A stretch of 32,000 nucleotides of DNA from an uncultured Actinomycetes bacterium (GTDB lineage: Bacteria > Actinomycetota > Actinomycetes > S36-B12 > CAIYMF01), in contig CAWJMG010000001.1 in the NCBI GenBank assembly GCA_963843975.1, forward strand, positions 1,230,001 through 1,262,000. Reading direction: 5' to 3'. The notes under the pieces were generated by a model. It was given only the letters and a program-made list of their open reading frames with translations, was not told the origin of the DNA and did not search any database. This document shows, piece by piece, positions 8,158 through 16,949 of this stretch. Within the stretch, counting starts at the first letter, position 1. Every line of letters starts with the position of its first letter. Made by a program: the position numbers and the translations under genes.

Positions 8158-8505
8158 ATGGCGCGGGCCACGACCAGCACGGCAGACCTGGTGGTGCACG
8201 AGCACCACGACGTCGAGCACCACGAGCACGGCTACGCGGGAGACAAGGACGCGATCCTCGCGCGCCTGAAGAGGGTCGAGGGCCAGGTGCGCGGCATCGC
8301 GCGGATGGTCGACGAGGACACGTACTGCATCGACGTCCTCACCCAGGTCTCGGCCGCGACGCGTGCCCTCGAGAACGTCGCACTGCTGCTGATCGAGGAC
8401 CACCTCGACCACTGCGTGCGCGACGCAGCCGTCAAGGGCGGCGCGGAGGCCGACGCCAAGATCGCCGAAGCCTCGGCAGCCATCGCCCGCCTCGTCCGTT
8501 CGTGA
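8158..8505 (+). CDS. csoR: Copper-sensing transcriptional repressor CsoR
   Basis: ATG at 8158 follows AGGAGG. The sequence KDAILARLKRVEGQVRGIARMVDEDTYCIDVLTQVSAATRALENVALLLIEDHLDHC shows the CsoR/RcnR fold with the C-H-C copper ligand pattern. Confidence 0.9.
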   Translation: MARATTSTADLVVHEHHDVEHHEHGYAGDKDAILARLKRVEGQVRGIARMVDEDTYCIDVLTQVSAATRALENVALLLIEDHLDHCVRDAAVKGGAEADAKIAEASAAIARLVRS

Positions 8506-8570
8506 CACCTGCCGCACCAGCACGCACCACACCGACGTCCCATCCGCACCGCACATCCGAGGAGCACGAC

Positions 8571-8780
8571 ATGAGCACCACCGTCTGGACCGTGCAGGGC
8601 ATGACCTGCCAGCACTGCGTCACGGCCGTCACCGAGGAGGTCTCGCTCATCCCGGGCGTCACCGCCGTCACCGTCGAGCTCGAGAGCGGCCAGGTCACCG
8701 TGACCGCGGACGCGGACCCCAGCACCGAGGCCGTCGCCGCCGCCATCGACGAGGCCGGCTACACCCTCGTCACCGCCTGA
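8571..8780 (+). CDS. copZ: Heavy-metal-associated copper chaperone
   Basis: 69 aa. MTCQHC metal-binding motif and an HMA fold. GAGGAG RBS is upstream. Confidence 0.9.
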   Translation: MSTTVWTVQGMTCQHCVTAVTEEVSLIPGVTAVTVELESGQVTVTADADPSTEAVAAAIDEAGYTLVTA

Positions 8781-8814
8781 TCCACCCCACGAACGACCCA
8801 CGCCAGGAGAAGAC

Positions 8815-11040
8815 ATGAGCACCCCCTCGTCCACCACCCCCACCGCGCGCTCCGGCGCCGCAGGGCTCGGTGTCGACGAGGCGCTCCTGGACCTGCACCT
8901 CACGGGCATGACCTGCGCCTCGTGCGCGAACCGCATCGAGAAGAAGCTCAACAAGGTGCCGGGCGTCGTCGCATCGGTGAACTACGCGACCGAGACCGCC
9001 ACCGTCCGTGCCCCGGCCGGCGTGAGCTTCGAGGACCTCGTCACCGTCGTCGAGAACACCGGCTACGGCGTGCGCCTGCCCGACACCGAGGCGGTCGACG
9101 ACCCGGACGAGCTCGGACGCCGGTGGCGCATCAGCGCGGTGCTCAGCGTCCCGGTCGTGCTCACGTCGATGGTCATGCCGCTGCAGTTCGTCGGCTGGCA
9201 GTGGATGTCGTTCCTGCTGACGACGATCGTCGTCACCTGGGGAGCGGCACCGTTCCACCGGTCGGCGTGGGTCAACGCCCGGCACGGTACGACGAGCATG
9301 GACACGCTCGTGTCGATCGGCGTCTCGGCGGCGTACCTCTGGTCGTCGATCGCCGTGCTGTTCACGACTGCGGGCGCGCTGGGCATGACGATGCAGATGT
9401 CGTGGCTGCCCAAGGCCGACGAGGCGGGCACCCACCCCGATCTCTACTTCGAGTCGGCCGCCGTCGTCACCACGTTCCTGCTGCTCGGCCGCTGGCTCGA
9501 GCACCGGGCCAAGAACCGCTCGGGGGCCGCGCTGCGGGCGCTCCTCGACCTCGCACCGGCGACGGCCTGGGTGCGCACCGACGCCGGCGACACGGAGATC
9601 CCGGCCGGGCACGTGACCGTCGGCGACCTCGTGGTGGTGAAGCCGGGGGAGCGCATCCCCACCGACGGCGTCGTGACCGACGGCGAGTCCGCGGTCGACG
9701 CGTCGATGCTCACGGGGGAGTCCGTGCCCGTCGAGGTCGGCCCGGGGGACGAGGTCTCGGGCGGCACCGTCGTGCAGGACGGCCTGCTGGTGCTGCGCGC
9801 GACCCGCGTCGGCGCCGACACCGCGCTCGCGCGCATCACCGCGCTCGTCACCGCCGCGCAGAGCGGCAAGGCGCCGGTTCAGCGCCTCGCCGACCGGGTC
9901 TCCGCGGTGTTCGTGCCGGTCGTGCTCGTGATCGCGCTGCTGACGCTGCTCGGCTGGGGTCTCACGACCGGGTGGCAGCAGGGCTTCACCGCCGCTGTCG
10001 CCGTCCTCGTGATCGCCTGCCCGTGCGCGCTCGGCCTGGCCACCCCGACGGCGCTGCTCGTCGGCACTGGCCGCGGCGCCGGCATGGGCGTCCTCGTGCG
10101 CGGCCCCGAGGTGCTCGAGTCGACCCGCCGCGTCGACACGATCGTGCTCGACAAGACCGGCACCATCACGAGCGGCGTCATGACCGTGCTCCGCCGACGG
10201 GGGGACGACGACGCGATCCTGCTCGCCGGCGCGCTCGAGTCCGGCTCCACCCATCCCGTGGCCCGCGCGCTCACGGAGTACGCCGCCGCGCACGGCCGGC
10301 TGCCCGAGCTCGGTGCCCACGAGGCCGTCCGCGGCTCCGGCGTCACCGGCACGGTCGGCGCCCACGCCGTCCGCGTCGGGCGCACCGAGTGGGTCGGCGT
10401 CGGCAACAGCCACCACTGGAGCACCGACGTCACCCAGTGGCGCCGCGACGGCATGACCGTCGTGGCGGTCGAGGTGGACGGCGTCCTGCGCGCCGTGCTC
10501 GGAATCGCGGACGAGGTGCGCGAGACCTCGGCCGAGGCCATCGCGTCGCTACGAGCCCTCGGGCTCGAGCCCGTCATGGTCACCGGCGACGCCAGTGCGG
10601 TGGCCGAGAACGTCGCGGCGCAGGTCGGCATCACCAACGTCGTGGCCGACGCGCGTCCTGAGGACAAGGTCACGGTCGTCGAGAAGCTGCGCGCCCAGGG
10701 CCGCGTCGTCGCGGTGGTGGGCGACGGCATCAACGACGCCGCAGCCCTCGCGGCTGCCGACCTCGGCATCGCGATGGGTGGCGGCACCGACGTCGCCATC
10801 GAGGCGGCCGACATCACGTTGCTGCGCGACGACCTCCGGACCGCCGGCGACGCCGTACGCCTCTCGCGCGCGACCCTGCGCATCATCAAGCAGAACCTCG
10901 CGTGGGCCTTCGGCTACAACATCGCCGCGATCCCGCTGGCCGCCTCGGGGCTGCTGACCCCGATCGTCGCCGGCCTCGCGATGGCGCTCTCGAGCGTCAG
11001 CGTCGTCGCGAACAGCCTGCGGCTGCGCCGTTTCCGCTGA
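8815..11040 (+). CDS. copA: Copper-translocating P1B-type ATPase
   Basis: 741 aa. N-terminal HMA (GMTCASC), CPC in the TM segment (ACPCALGLATP), DKTGTIT phosphorylation site, and GDGINDAAALAAADLGIAMG hinge. Confidence 0.95.
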   Translation: MSTPSSTTPTARSGAAGLGVDEALLDLHLTGMTCASCANRIEKKLNKVPGVVASVNYATETATVRAPAGVSFEDLVTVVENTGYGVRLPDTEAVDDPDELGRRWRISAVLSVPVVLTSMVMPLQFVGWQWMSFLLTTIVVTWGAAPFHRSAWVNARHGTTSMDTLVSIGVSAAYLWSSIAVLFTTAGALGMTMQMSWLPKADEAGTHPDLYFESAAVVTTFLLLGRWLEHRAKNRSGAALRALLDLAPATAWVRTDAGDTEIPAGHVTVGDLVVVKPGERIPTDGVVTDGESAVDASMLTGESVPVEVGPGDEVSGGTVVQDGLLVLRATRVGADTALARITALVTAAQSGKAPVQRLADRVSAVFVPVVLVIALLTLLGWGLTTGWQQGFTAAVAVLVIACPCALGLATPTALLVGTGRGAGMGVLVRGPEVLESTRRVDTIVLDKTGTITSGVMTVLRRRGDDDAILLAGALESGSTHPVARALTEYAAAHGRLPELGAHEAVRGSGVTGTVGAHAVRVGRTEWVGVGNSHHWSTDVTQWRRDGMTVVAVEVDGVLRAVLGIADEVRETSAEAIASLRALGLEPVMVTGDASAVAENVAAQVGITNVVADARPEDKVTVVEKLRAQGRVVAVVGDGINDAAALAAADLGIAMGGGTDVAIEAADITLLRDDLRTAGDAVRLSRATLRIIKQNLAWAFGYNIAAIPLAASGLLTPIVAGLAMALSSVSVVANSLRLRRFR

Positions 11041-11110
11041 TCCGCGCATCCAGGCCCCTCACCGCGTAGCCTCCCTGCACACGACCTCGCCGGTCGCCAG
11101 GGAGGCACAC

Positions 11111-11548
11111 GTGCGACCGCACATCACGCACCTCATGGGGTGGACCGTCATCCGTGCGACGTCGCCGGCGGACGCCGAGGCGGACGGCGACGAGCCGGAC
11201 GACGGCTTCAGCGCCGACGTCCGCGGCGAGCTCGCCTCCGGCGCGCAGATCGCGATCGAGCTCGGACCGGATCCGGTCGAGGACCTCGCCGTCCACGAGA
11301 CGCTGCTGGGCCTGCAGGCCGAGGCCGCTGCCGCGGGCGCACGGATCGTCGTCGTCATCACCAGCGGCCTCGAACGCGACCGCCTCACCGGCTACGGCAT
11401 CACCGACGTCCACGAGTCCCTCGACGCCGCCCTCGGATCCGAGGCACCCGTGCTGCGCGAGGCCCAGCGCCACGCCGTCATCCCGCCGCTCGCCCCGGCC
11501 ATGGGCGACACGGTGATCGTCGCCGCGGAGGATCTGGGGCGCGCCTAG
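11111..11548 (+). CDS. Hypothetical protein, weakly STAS/anti-sigma-antagonist-like
   Basis: 145-aa ORF with high third-position G+C. The C-terminal half (ARIVVVITSGLERDRLTGYGITDVHESLDAAL) resembles STAS domains. The start is uncertain: GTG 11111 or ATG 11135. Confidence 0.45.
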   Translation: MRPHITHLMGWTVIRATSPADAEADGDEPDDGFSADVRGELASGAQIAIELGPDPVEDLAVHETLLGLQAEAAAAGARIVVVITSGLERDRLTGYGITDVHESLDAALGSEAPVLREAQRHAVIPPLAPAMGDTVIVAAEDLGRA

Positions 11549-11574
11549 GACCGCGCGGATGCGACAGTTGCCAC

Positions 11575-12123
11575 GTGCATCTGATCGAGCGGTTCACCAC
11601 CGCCGCCCTTCCGGACGTGACTGCCCGGAGTGCACGCGCCCTCATGCACGCGGCCTTCCGCAACGAGCCCGAGGACGAGCGTTTCACCGACGACGACTGG
11701 CAGCACGGCCTCGGCGGCATCCACCTGCTGGTGCGCGACGGTGGGGACGTCATCGCACACGCGTCGATCGTGCCGCGCACGATCCACGTCGGCGGCACAC
11801 ACTTCGCGACCGGGTACGTCGAGGCGGTCGCCGTACGCCCCGACCGTCAGGGGCAGGGTCTCGGCTCCCTGCTGATGCGGGACGTCGACGCGGAGATCCG
11901 CCGGTCGTACGAGTTCGGCGTGCTGGGCACCGGACGGCGGGCGTTCTACACGCGGCTCGGCTGGCAGGTGTGGCTCGGGCCCACCAACGTCGTGCGCGAG
12001 GGCGGCTGGGAGCGCAGCCCCGAGGACGACGGCTACGTGCTGGTGCTGCGCTTCGGGCCGAGCGCCGACATCGCCATCACGCACCCCATCGCCTGCGAGG
12101 AGCGCCCCGGCGACGACTGGTGA
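11575..12123 (+). CDS. aac(2'): Aminoglycoside 2'-N-acetyltransferase AAC(2')-I-like GNAT
   Basis: GTG 11575 gives 182 aa. The protein is colinear with mycobacterial AAC(2')-Ic: ...DDDWQHGLGGIHLLV...IAHASIV.R.I...G....TGYVEAVAVRPD.QGQGLGS.LM...RLGW..W.GPT.V......RSPEDDG.V.VL. Confidence 0.85.
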   Translation: MHLIERFTTAALPDVTARSARALMHAAFRNEPEDERFTDDDWQHGLGGIHLLVRDGGDVIAHASIVPRTIHVGGTHFATGYVEAVAVRPDRQGQGLGSLLMRDVDAEIRRSYEFGVLGTGRRAFYTRLGWQVWLGPTNVVREGGWERSPEDDGYVLVLRFGPSADIAITHPIACEERPGDDW

Positions 12124-12201
12124 CCTCGCGCGTCACTCACCGAGACGCCAGAAACCGCACTAGTTTCCGGGTACGTGGGTGCGTCCCTTGGGGGAGCCGG
12201 A

Positions 12202-12696
12202 TCAGGCGGAGCGGCCGCGGAGGGCGAAGCTGATCGCCTGGAGCTCCTCAGGCGACATCGAGGCCTCGCTCTGGCCCGACTTCACGCCCTTGATGTACGT
12301 GCGGCTCTCGGTGCGGCCGTGGATCGAGGTGAGCACGAGGCCGTCGCCGCCGTCGTCGAGCATCGCGGCGGAGAACGAGAGCCGACCGCCCATGTCGCCG
12401 AAGGCGTCGTAGCGCACCACGCTCACGTGCCGGATCGCGTCAGCGAGCTCGGCACGGGTCTTGGCGAGCAGCGCCGCGAGATCGTCCACCTCGCCGCGCA
12501 GCGCCTGCACCTGCTCGGTCTTGCGTGCCACGGCGCCGACGAACGAGTCGTCGTCGCCGTCGGCCGCCAGCAACGTGACGTCACGGCGGATGCGCCGGAT
12601 CGCGACCAGCGCGATCACCGCCACGAGGACGCCGACCACCCCGACGACGAGGGACACGATGACGAGCAGGTCGCGGGCGGCGGGGTCGAGGGACAC
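12202..12696 (-). CDS. DUF4446 family membrane-anchored protein
   Basis: It has one N-terminal TM helix and then a coiled-coil. The C-terminal part, VSVVRYDAFGDMGGRLSFSAAMLDDGGDGLVLTSIHGRTESRTYIKGV, is typical of DUF4446. Confidence 0.8.
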   Translation of the reverse strand: MSLDPAARDLLVIVSLVVGVVGVLVAVIALVAIRRIRRDVTLLAADGDDDSFVGAVARKTEQVQALRGEVDDLAALLAKTRAELADAIRHVSVVRYDAFGDMGGRLSFSAAMLDDGGDGLVLTSIHGRTESRTYIKGVKSGQSEASMSPEELQAISFALRGRSA

Positions 12697-12828
12697 AGCG
12701 CAAGGATATCGGCGGCGCAGGGCCGGACGTGCACCGAGCAGCCGCCGTACGACGTGGTGCCCGGGCGGTCGCCCGAACGCCGCGTACTGTCAGGACGTGC
12801 CAGCGCCGACGGACCCCGGGACGGTGTC

Positions 12829-13959
12829 GTGACGACCTCGCTGCCGGTCTCGATCCTGTGCTTCGTCGTGGGCCTCGCGATCGTGCTGGCCGTCGGGTCG
12901 TCGATCCTCCGGACCCTCGTCGTCCCCCGCGGGGTGCGCAGCAAGCTCTCTGCCCTGGTGCTCCGGGCGACCCTCGGCGCCTACCGGTTCGTGGCGCACC
13001 GCACCTCGACGTACGCCGCCCGCGACGCCGTCCTGGCCTACGCAGCACCTACCTCGCTGATCATCACGCTGGCCACCTGGCTCAGCCTCCTGTTCGTCGG
13101 CTTCACCTTCCTGCTCTTCTCGTTCTCGCCGCTGGACTGGGCGACGTCGTTCCGCGAGGCCGGCTCGAGCCTGTTCACCCTCGGGTTCGCCAGCACCGAC
13201 CGCGGGCAGCTCACGGCCATCGACTTCATCGCCGCGGCCACCGGACCGGTCGTGGTCGGCCTCCTCATCGGTTACCTGCCCAGCCTGTACGCCGCCTACA
13301 ACAGGCGCGAGGTCGACGTCGCCCTGCTGTACGCGCGCGGCGGCGAGCCCAACTGGGGGCCGGAGATCGTCGGGCGGCATGCGATCGTGAACTCCTCCGG
13401 CGAGCTCGCCACCCTCTGGCGCGACTGGGAGCGCTGGGCGGCCGACGTCGCCGAGAGCCACACCAACTACCCGGTGCTCATCCACGTGCGCTCGGCCCAG
13501 CCCAACCGCAACTGGCTCGTGGCGCTGCTGGCCGTGCTCGACTCCGCGGCGTTCGAGCTGGCGTGCAACCCGCACAACCCGCAGGGGCCGGCCCGCGTGG
13601 CCCTGCGCCAGGGCATCGTGGCGATCCACGACATCGCCCGGGCCGAGGGCATCGCGGTCGACGACGACCCCGACCCGGACGCCGAGATCCAGCTGCCCTA
13701 CGAGCAGTTCGCCGAGGCCTACGCGATGCTCTCCGACTTCGGCTACGTCATGAGCCGTCCGCCGGAGGAGGCCTGGCCGCACTTCCGGGGCTGGCGGGTC
13801 AACTACGAGCACTCCGCGTACGAGCTCGCCCGACGGATCGACGCCGTGCCCGCGCCCTGGAGCGGCCCGCGCACGCCTCCGCTGCCGGAGATCTCGCCGT
13901 ACCGGCCCGTGAACCGCATGCCGGGTGGTCGGAGCGGCCGCCCGGTTCCGGGAGAATGA
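12829..13959 (+). CDS. Integral membrane protein with ion-channel-like N-terminus and soluble C-terminal domain
   Basis: GTG 12829 lies inside the long ORF 12175..13959. There are three hydrophobic helices with a pore-helix-like segment FREAGSSLFTLGFAST between the second and third. Third-position G+C is high throughout. Confidence 0.65.
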   Translation: MTTSLPVSILCFVVGLAIVLAVGSSILRTLVVPRGVRSKLSALVLRATLGAYRFVAHRTSTYAARDAVLAYAAPTSLIITLATWLSLLFVGFTFLLFSFSPLDWATSFREAGSSLFTLGFASTDRGQLTAIDFIAAATGPVVVGLLIGYLPSLYAAYNRREVDVALLYARGGEPNWGPEIVGRHAIVNSSGELATLWRDWERWAADVAESHTNYPVLIHVRSAQPNRNWLVALLAVLDSAAFELACNPHNPQGPARVALRQGIVAIHDIARAEGIAVDDDPDPDAEIQLPYEQFAEAYAMLSDFGYVMSRPPEEAWPHFRGWRVNYEHSAYELARRIDAVPAPWSGPRTPPLPEISPYRPVNRMPGGRSGRPVPGE

Positions 13960-13963
13960 CCGG

Positions 13964-14590
13964 GTGAACTGGTTCGACCTCGGGGTGCTGCTCGCCACCT
14001 TCGCCGTCATCTTCCCGGCAGAGCTCCCGGACAAGTCGTTCATCGCGACCCTCGTGCTGGCGACGCGGTTCCCCCGCCTCCTCGTGTGGCTGGGTGCGAC
14101 TCTCGCCTTCGGCATCCAGATGGTCATCGCCGTCGCCGCCGGCCAGCTGCTCTCGTTGCTGCCCGAGAAGCTCGTGCTCGGCGTCACCGCGGCGCTGTTC
14201 GCCGTCGGCGCCGTGGTGCTCCTGCGCGGCGGCCTGCGGGCCCGCGAGGAGGAGGCCGCCGAGGAGGCCGCGGAGGAGGAGGAGATCGCCGCCCGCGCCA
14301 AGCCCGGCGCCACCCGCCTCGCCGCGTTCGGCACGACCTTCGCCGTGATCTTCACGGCCGAGTGGGGCGACCTCACCCAGCTCGTCACCGCGGGTCAGGC
14401 TGCGCGCACCGGGCTTCCGGTATCGGTCTTCCTGGGTGCGTGGCTCGCCCTCGCGACGGTGGCCGGCATCGGGACCCTCGCCGGCTCATGGCTGCAGAAG
14501 CGGGTGCCGCTCTGGCGCGTCCGCCTGGTGTCGGGCGGCCTGCTGGCCCTGCTCGCGGTCGTCACCGTGGTCGAGCTCGTCCGTTCCTGA
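13964..14590 (+). CDS. UPF0016/GDT1 (TMEM165) family cation (Mn2+/Ca2+) transporter
   Basis: It carries the two signature repeats ELPDKS and AEWGDLTQ. GTG 13964 lies 5 nt after the upstream stop and is preceded by GGAGA. Confidence 0.85.
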   Translation: MNWFDLGVLLATFAVIFPAELPDKSFIATLVLATRFPRLLVWLGATLAFGIQMVIAVAAGQLLSLLPEKLVLGVTAALFAVGAVVLLRGGLRAREEEAAEEAAEEEEIAARAKPGATRLAAFGTTFAVIFTAEWGDLTQLVTAGQAARTGLPVSVFLGAWLALATVAGIGTLAGSWLQKRVPLWRVRLVSGGLLALLAVVTVVELVRS

Positions 14591-14729
14591 GGGCCTGCTG
14601 AGAACGGTCTGGACCATGTCGGACCGATGCCCCGTCGAACCTCAAGAAAACCTAAAGGAATCCCCAGGGAACCCGGTGGGAGCCGGGTGATCGCTTGCCC
14701 TCGACGCTGGGAACGCTTACGGTCGGAGT

Positions 14730-14782
14730 CGATCGGACGTCACTGCATCCCCCGTCGGTGACGTCCGATCGCTTTCTTTTTT
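14730..14782 (+). terminator. Strong intrinsic terminator (or terminal hairpin of a small RNA)
   Basis: CGATCGGACGTCAC-tgcatcccccgtcg-GTGACGTCCGATCG is a 14-bp perfect stem followed by CTTTCTTTTTT. A U-tract like this is unusual for this G+C content. Confidence 0.75.
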
Positions 14783-14819
14783 CCGGCCCTGCCGCCTGTT
14801 GGCGGAACGTGCGGCATCC

Positions 14820-15785
14820 CTAACGCAGCGTCACCTGACGGTTGGTCAGGCCGGCTCGCGCGTGCCGCTCCTGCACCGTGAGATCCCCGGTCTCGGCCAG
14901 CGCCTCGGTGAGGCGGGCGGCGAACGCAGCAGCCGGCTCCTCGACGTCGTCGGCCTCGGCCCCGGGCACGAGGTCCCACACTGGCACGAGCAGCCCGTGG
15001 GCGCGGAACGTGCCGATGAGCCGCGTGCCGTCGCCGAGGGTGTCCTCGCCCGCGACGTGCAGGCGGGCGAGCGCGTCGAGCAGCGGCTCCTCGTCGTACG
15101 GCAGGACCCAGCGCAGGTGCTCCTTGGGCCCGATGCGGCACCAGTACGCCGCGTCGACGCTCGTGAGCCGCTGGGTGGGCACCACCGACGCGTTGGCGCG
15201 CTCGAGCGAGGCGGTGACGTCGGCCGTCGGGTCGGCGCCGCTGCCCTCGATCCAGAAGTCGAAGCCGCTGTGCACGGTGACCGTCAGGGGTGCATCCGCG
15301 ACGAGCACGTCCTGCAGGCGCGGGCCGGGGCCGGGGCGCGCCGGCGGCACGGGCGCGCCGTGCTCGCTGGCGAGGGCACGGATGAGGGCGTCGGCGATCT
15401 CGCGGCTCGCGTCGTCGCTCGAGGTCGGGGTCTGCAGGCCCACGAAGACGGCGCCGTCGACGCGGACGAGGGCCGGCCACGCGAGGGGGAGCACGGTCGC
15501 GAGCGTGACGCTGCGGCCGTCGGCGGCCGTCGCCTGCTCGGGGGCCAGGGTGAGCGCCGCCGTGGCGCTGGGCACGATCTCCTTCAGGGCGACCCAGTCG
15601 CACTCGCCGGCCAGGCCCTCGAACGGCCGCCGCACGAGCGTGGCCGCCGTACGGCCATGGCAGGCCTTGTAGCGGCGTCCGCTGCCGCACGGGCAGGGCT
15701 CGCGCCCGCCCACCACGGGGATGTCGGCGTCAGTCGTGCTCGAGCTCGTGCTGGGAGCGCCCGTACGTCGCTTGTCCTTGGCCAC
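14820..15785 (-). CDS. SEC-C motif metal-binding protein (DUF5926-like)
   Basis: VAKDKRR...EPCPCGSGRRYKACHG is an N-terminal SEC-C motif. It is followed by a conserved actinobacterial domain. GTG start at 15785. Confidence 0.8.
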   Translation of the reverse strand: MAKDKRRTGAPSTSSSTTDADIPVVGGREPCPCGSGRRYKACHGRTAATLVRRPFEGLAGECDWVALKEIVPSATAALTLAPEQATAADGRSVTLATVLPLAWPALVRVDGAVFVGLQTPTSSDDASREIADALIRALASEHGAPVPPARPGPGPRLQDVLVADAPLTVTVHSGFDFWIEGSGADPTADVTASLERANASVVPTQRLTSVDAAYWCRIGPKEHLRWVLPYDEEPLLDALARLHVAGEDTLGDGTRLIGTFRAHGLLVPVWDLVPGAEADDVEEPAAAFAARLTEALAETGDLTVQERHARAGLTNRQVTLR

Positions 15786-15926
15786 GGCCGGGAGCCTATG
15801 CGAGTCCGCCCGCGCCACGCCCGCGCGGTGCACCCCTCACCGCCCGGCCGCGCATCACGAGTGACCCGAATGATCCGGCGAATGGGGCCCGACTCCACAG
15901 GATCATTCGAGTTGCTCGCGGATCGG

Positions 15927-16889
15927 CTAGAGGCCGAGGCGGTCGGCGACCATGCGCGGGTGGTTGCTGATGATGGCGTCCACGCCGAGCTTCACGCAGA
16001 GGTCGACGTCCTCCGGATCGTCGACGGTCCACACGTGGACGGCGTTGCCCTGGCGGTGCACGCGGTCGACGTACCTCGGGTACTGCCGCACGATGTCGAT
16101 CGACGGGCCGGCGATGCGAGCGCCGAAGGGAAGCGAGCCGTCGCGGAAGCGCAGCGGAACGCGCTCGAGCAGGAACACCGTCGGCAGACCCGGGGTCATC
16201 AGGCGCATCCGGCGGATCGACAGCTGGCTGAAGCTCATCACGCGGATGCGCTGGTCGTTCTCGCTGCGCGGGCGCGCGAGGCCGAAGCGCGTGAGGGTCT
16301 GTGCGACGCGCTCCTCGACGAGGCCGGCGTACCGCGTGGGGTGCTTGGTCTCGATCGCGAGCCCGACCTCTCGCTCGGAGTCGAGGATCAGCTCGAGCAG
16401 CCGGTCGAGGGTGAGGACGCGGTGCCGCTCCTCGTCCATCACGAGCGGCTCGTCCTCGAGCATCGGCCCGGAATCCCGTGCGGCCGAACCGCTCTTGTCG
16501 TCGCCGGTGATGGTCGAGCGGTTCGCGAGGAAGGGGCCGACGTCGAACGGCGCGAAGTCGCGCTGGAACTTGAGGAGCGCCTGGCGCCGCCGCTCGCGCG
16601 GGGTCAGCGCCGGCTGCTCCTTGCGGTAGGCGCCGAAGTCGTGGTCGTGCAGCTGGTCGAGCGTCATGACCGACACGACGCCGCGGCCGTCGCTGGTGCG
16701 GTCGATCGTGCGGTCGTGGACGCAGACCAGATGGCCGTCGGCGGTCAGCCGCACATCGCACTCGAGGGCATCGGCGCCGTCGTCGAGGGCGCGGATGTAG
16801 GCGTCGAGGGTGTGCTCGGGGGCGTCGGCGCTCGAGCCGCGATGCGCGACGACCTGAGGCCGAGGAGGCGGGTGGTGCACAGCCGCCAT
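15927..16889 (-). CDS. Glycerophosphodiester phosphodiesterase
   Basis: VVAHRGSSADAPEHTLDAYIRALDDGADALECDVRLTADGHLVCVHD is the GDPD catalytic motif. Confidence 0.9.
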   Translation of the reverse strand: MAAVHHPPPRPQVVAHRGSSADAPEHTLDAYIRALDDGADALECDVRLTADGHLVCVHDRTIDRTSDGRGVVSVMTLDQLHDHDFGAYRKEQPALTPRERRRQALLKFQRDFAPFDVGPFLANRSTITGDDKSGSAARDSGPMLEDEPLVMDEERHRVLTLDRLLELILDSEREVGLAIETKHPTRYAGLVEERVAQTLTRFGLARPRSENDQRIRVMSFSQLSIRRMRLMTPGLPTVFLLERVPLRFRDGSLPFGARIAGPSIDIVRQYPRYVDRVHRQGNAVHVWTVDDPEDVDLCVKLGVDAIISNHPRMVADRLGL

Positions 16890-16949
16890 GGTCCCAGCGA
16901 CCCGCCCCGCTCACCCGACGACACGACCACGACCCGATGAACACCCACC

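Noticed and set aside
12697-12828. yybP-ykoY (Mn2+) riboswitch upstream of the channel-like/UPF0016 gene pair.
   Set aside because: I could not find the conserved GGGGAGUAG / CUUGACA-type blocks or a four-way junction pattern. A covariance-model scan would be needed to be certain.
14730-14782. Calling the C-rich-loop hairpin a 6C RNA homologue.
   Set aside because: 6C RNA has two conserved stem-loops, each with a C-rich loop. Only one such loop is present here, and the upstream sequence does not form the second. It is kept only as a generic sRNA/terminator candidate.
15868-15910. 10-bp perfect inverted repeat CGAATGATCC...GGATCATTCG between the SEC-C gene start and the phosphodiesterase stop, as a regulatory element.
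   Set aside because: It is a single short stem with a 23-nt loop. It has no repetition elsewhere in the window and no U-tract, so the evidence for anything beyond a weak terminator is insufficient.
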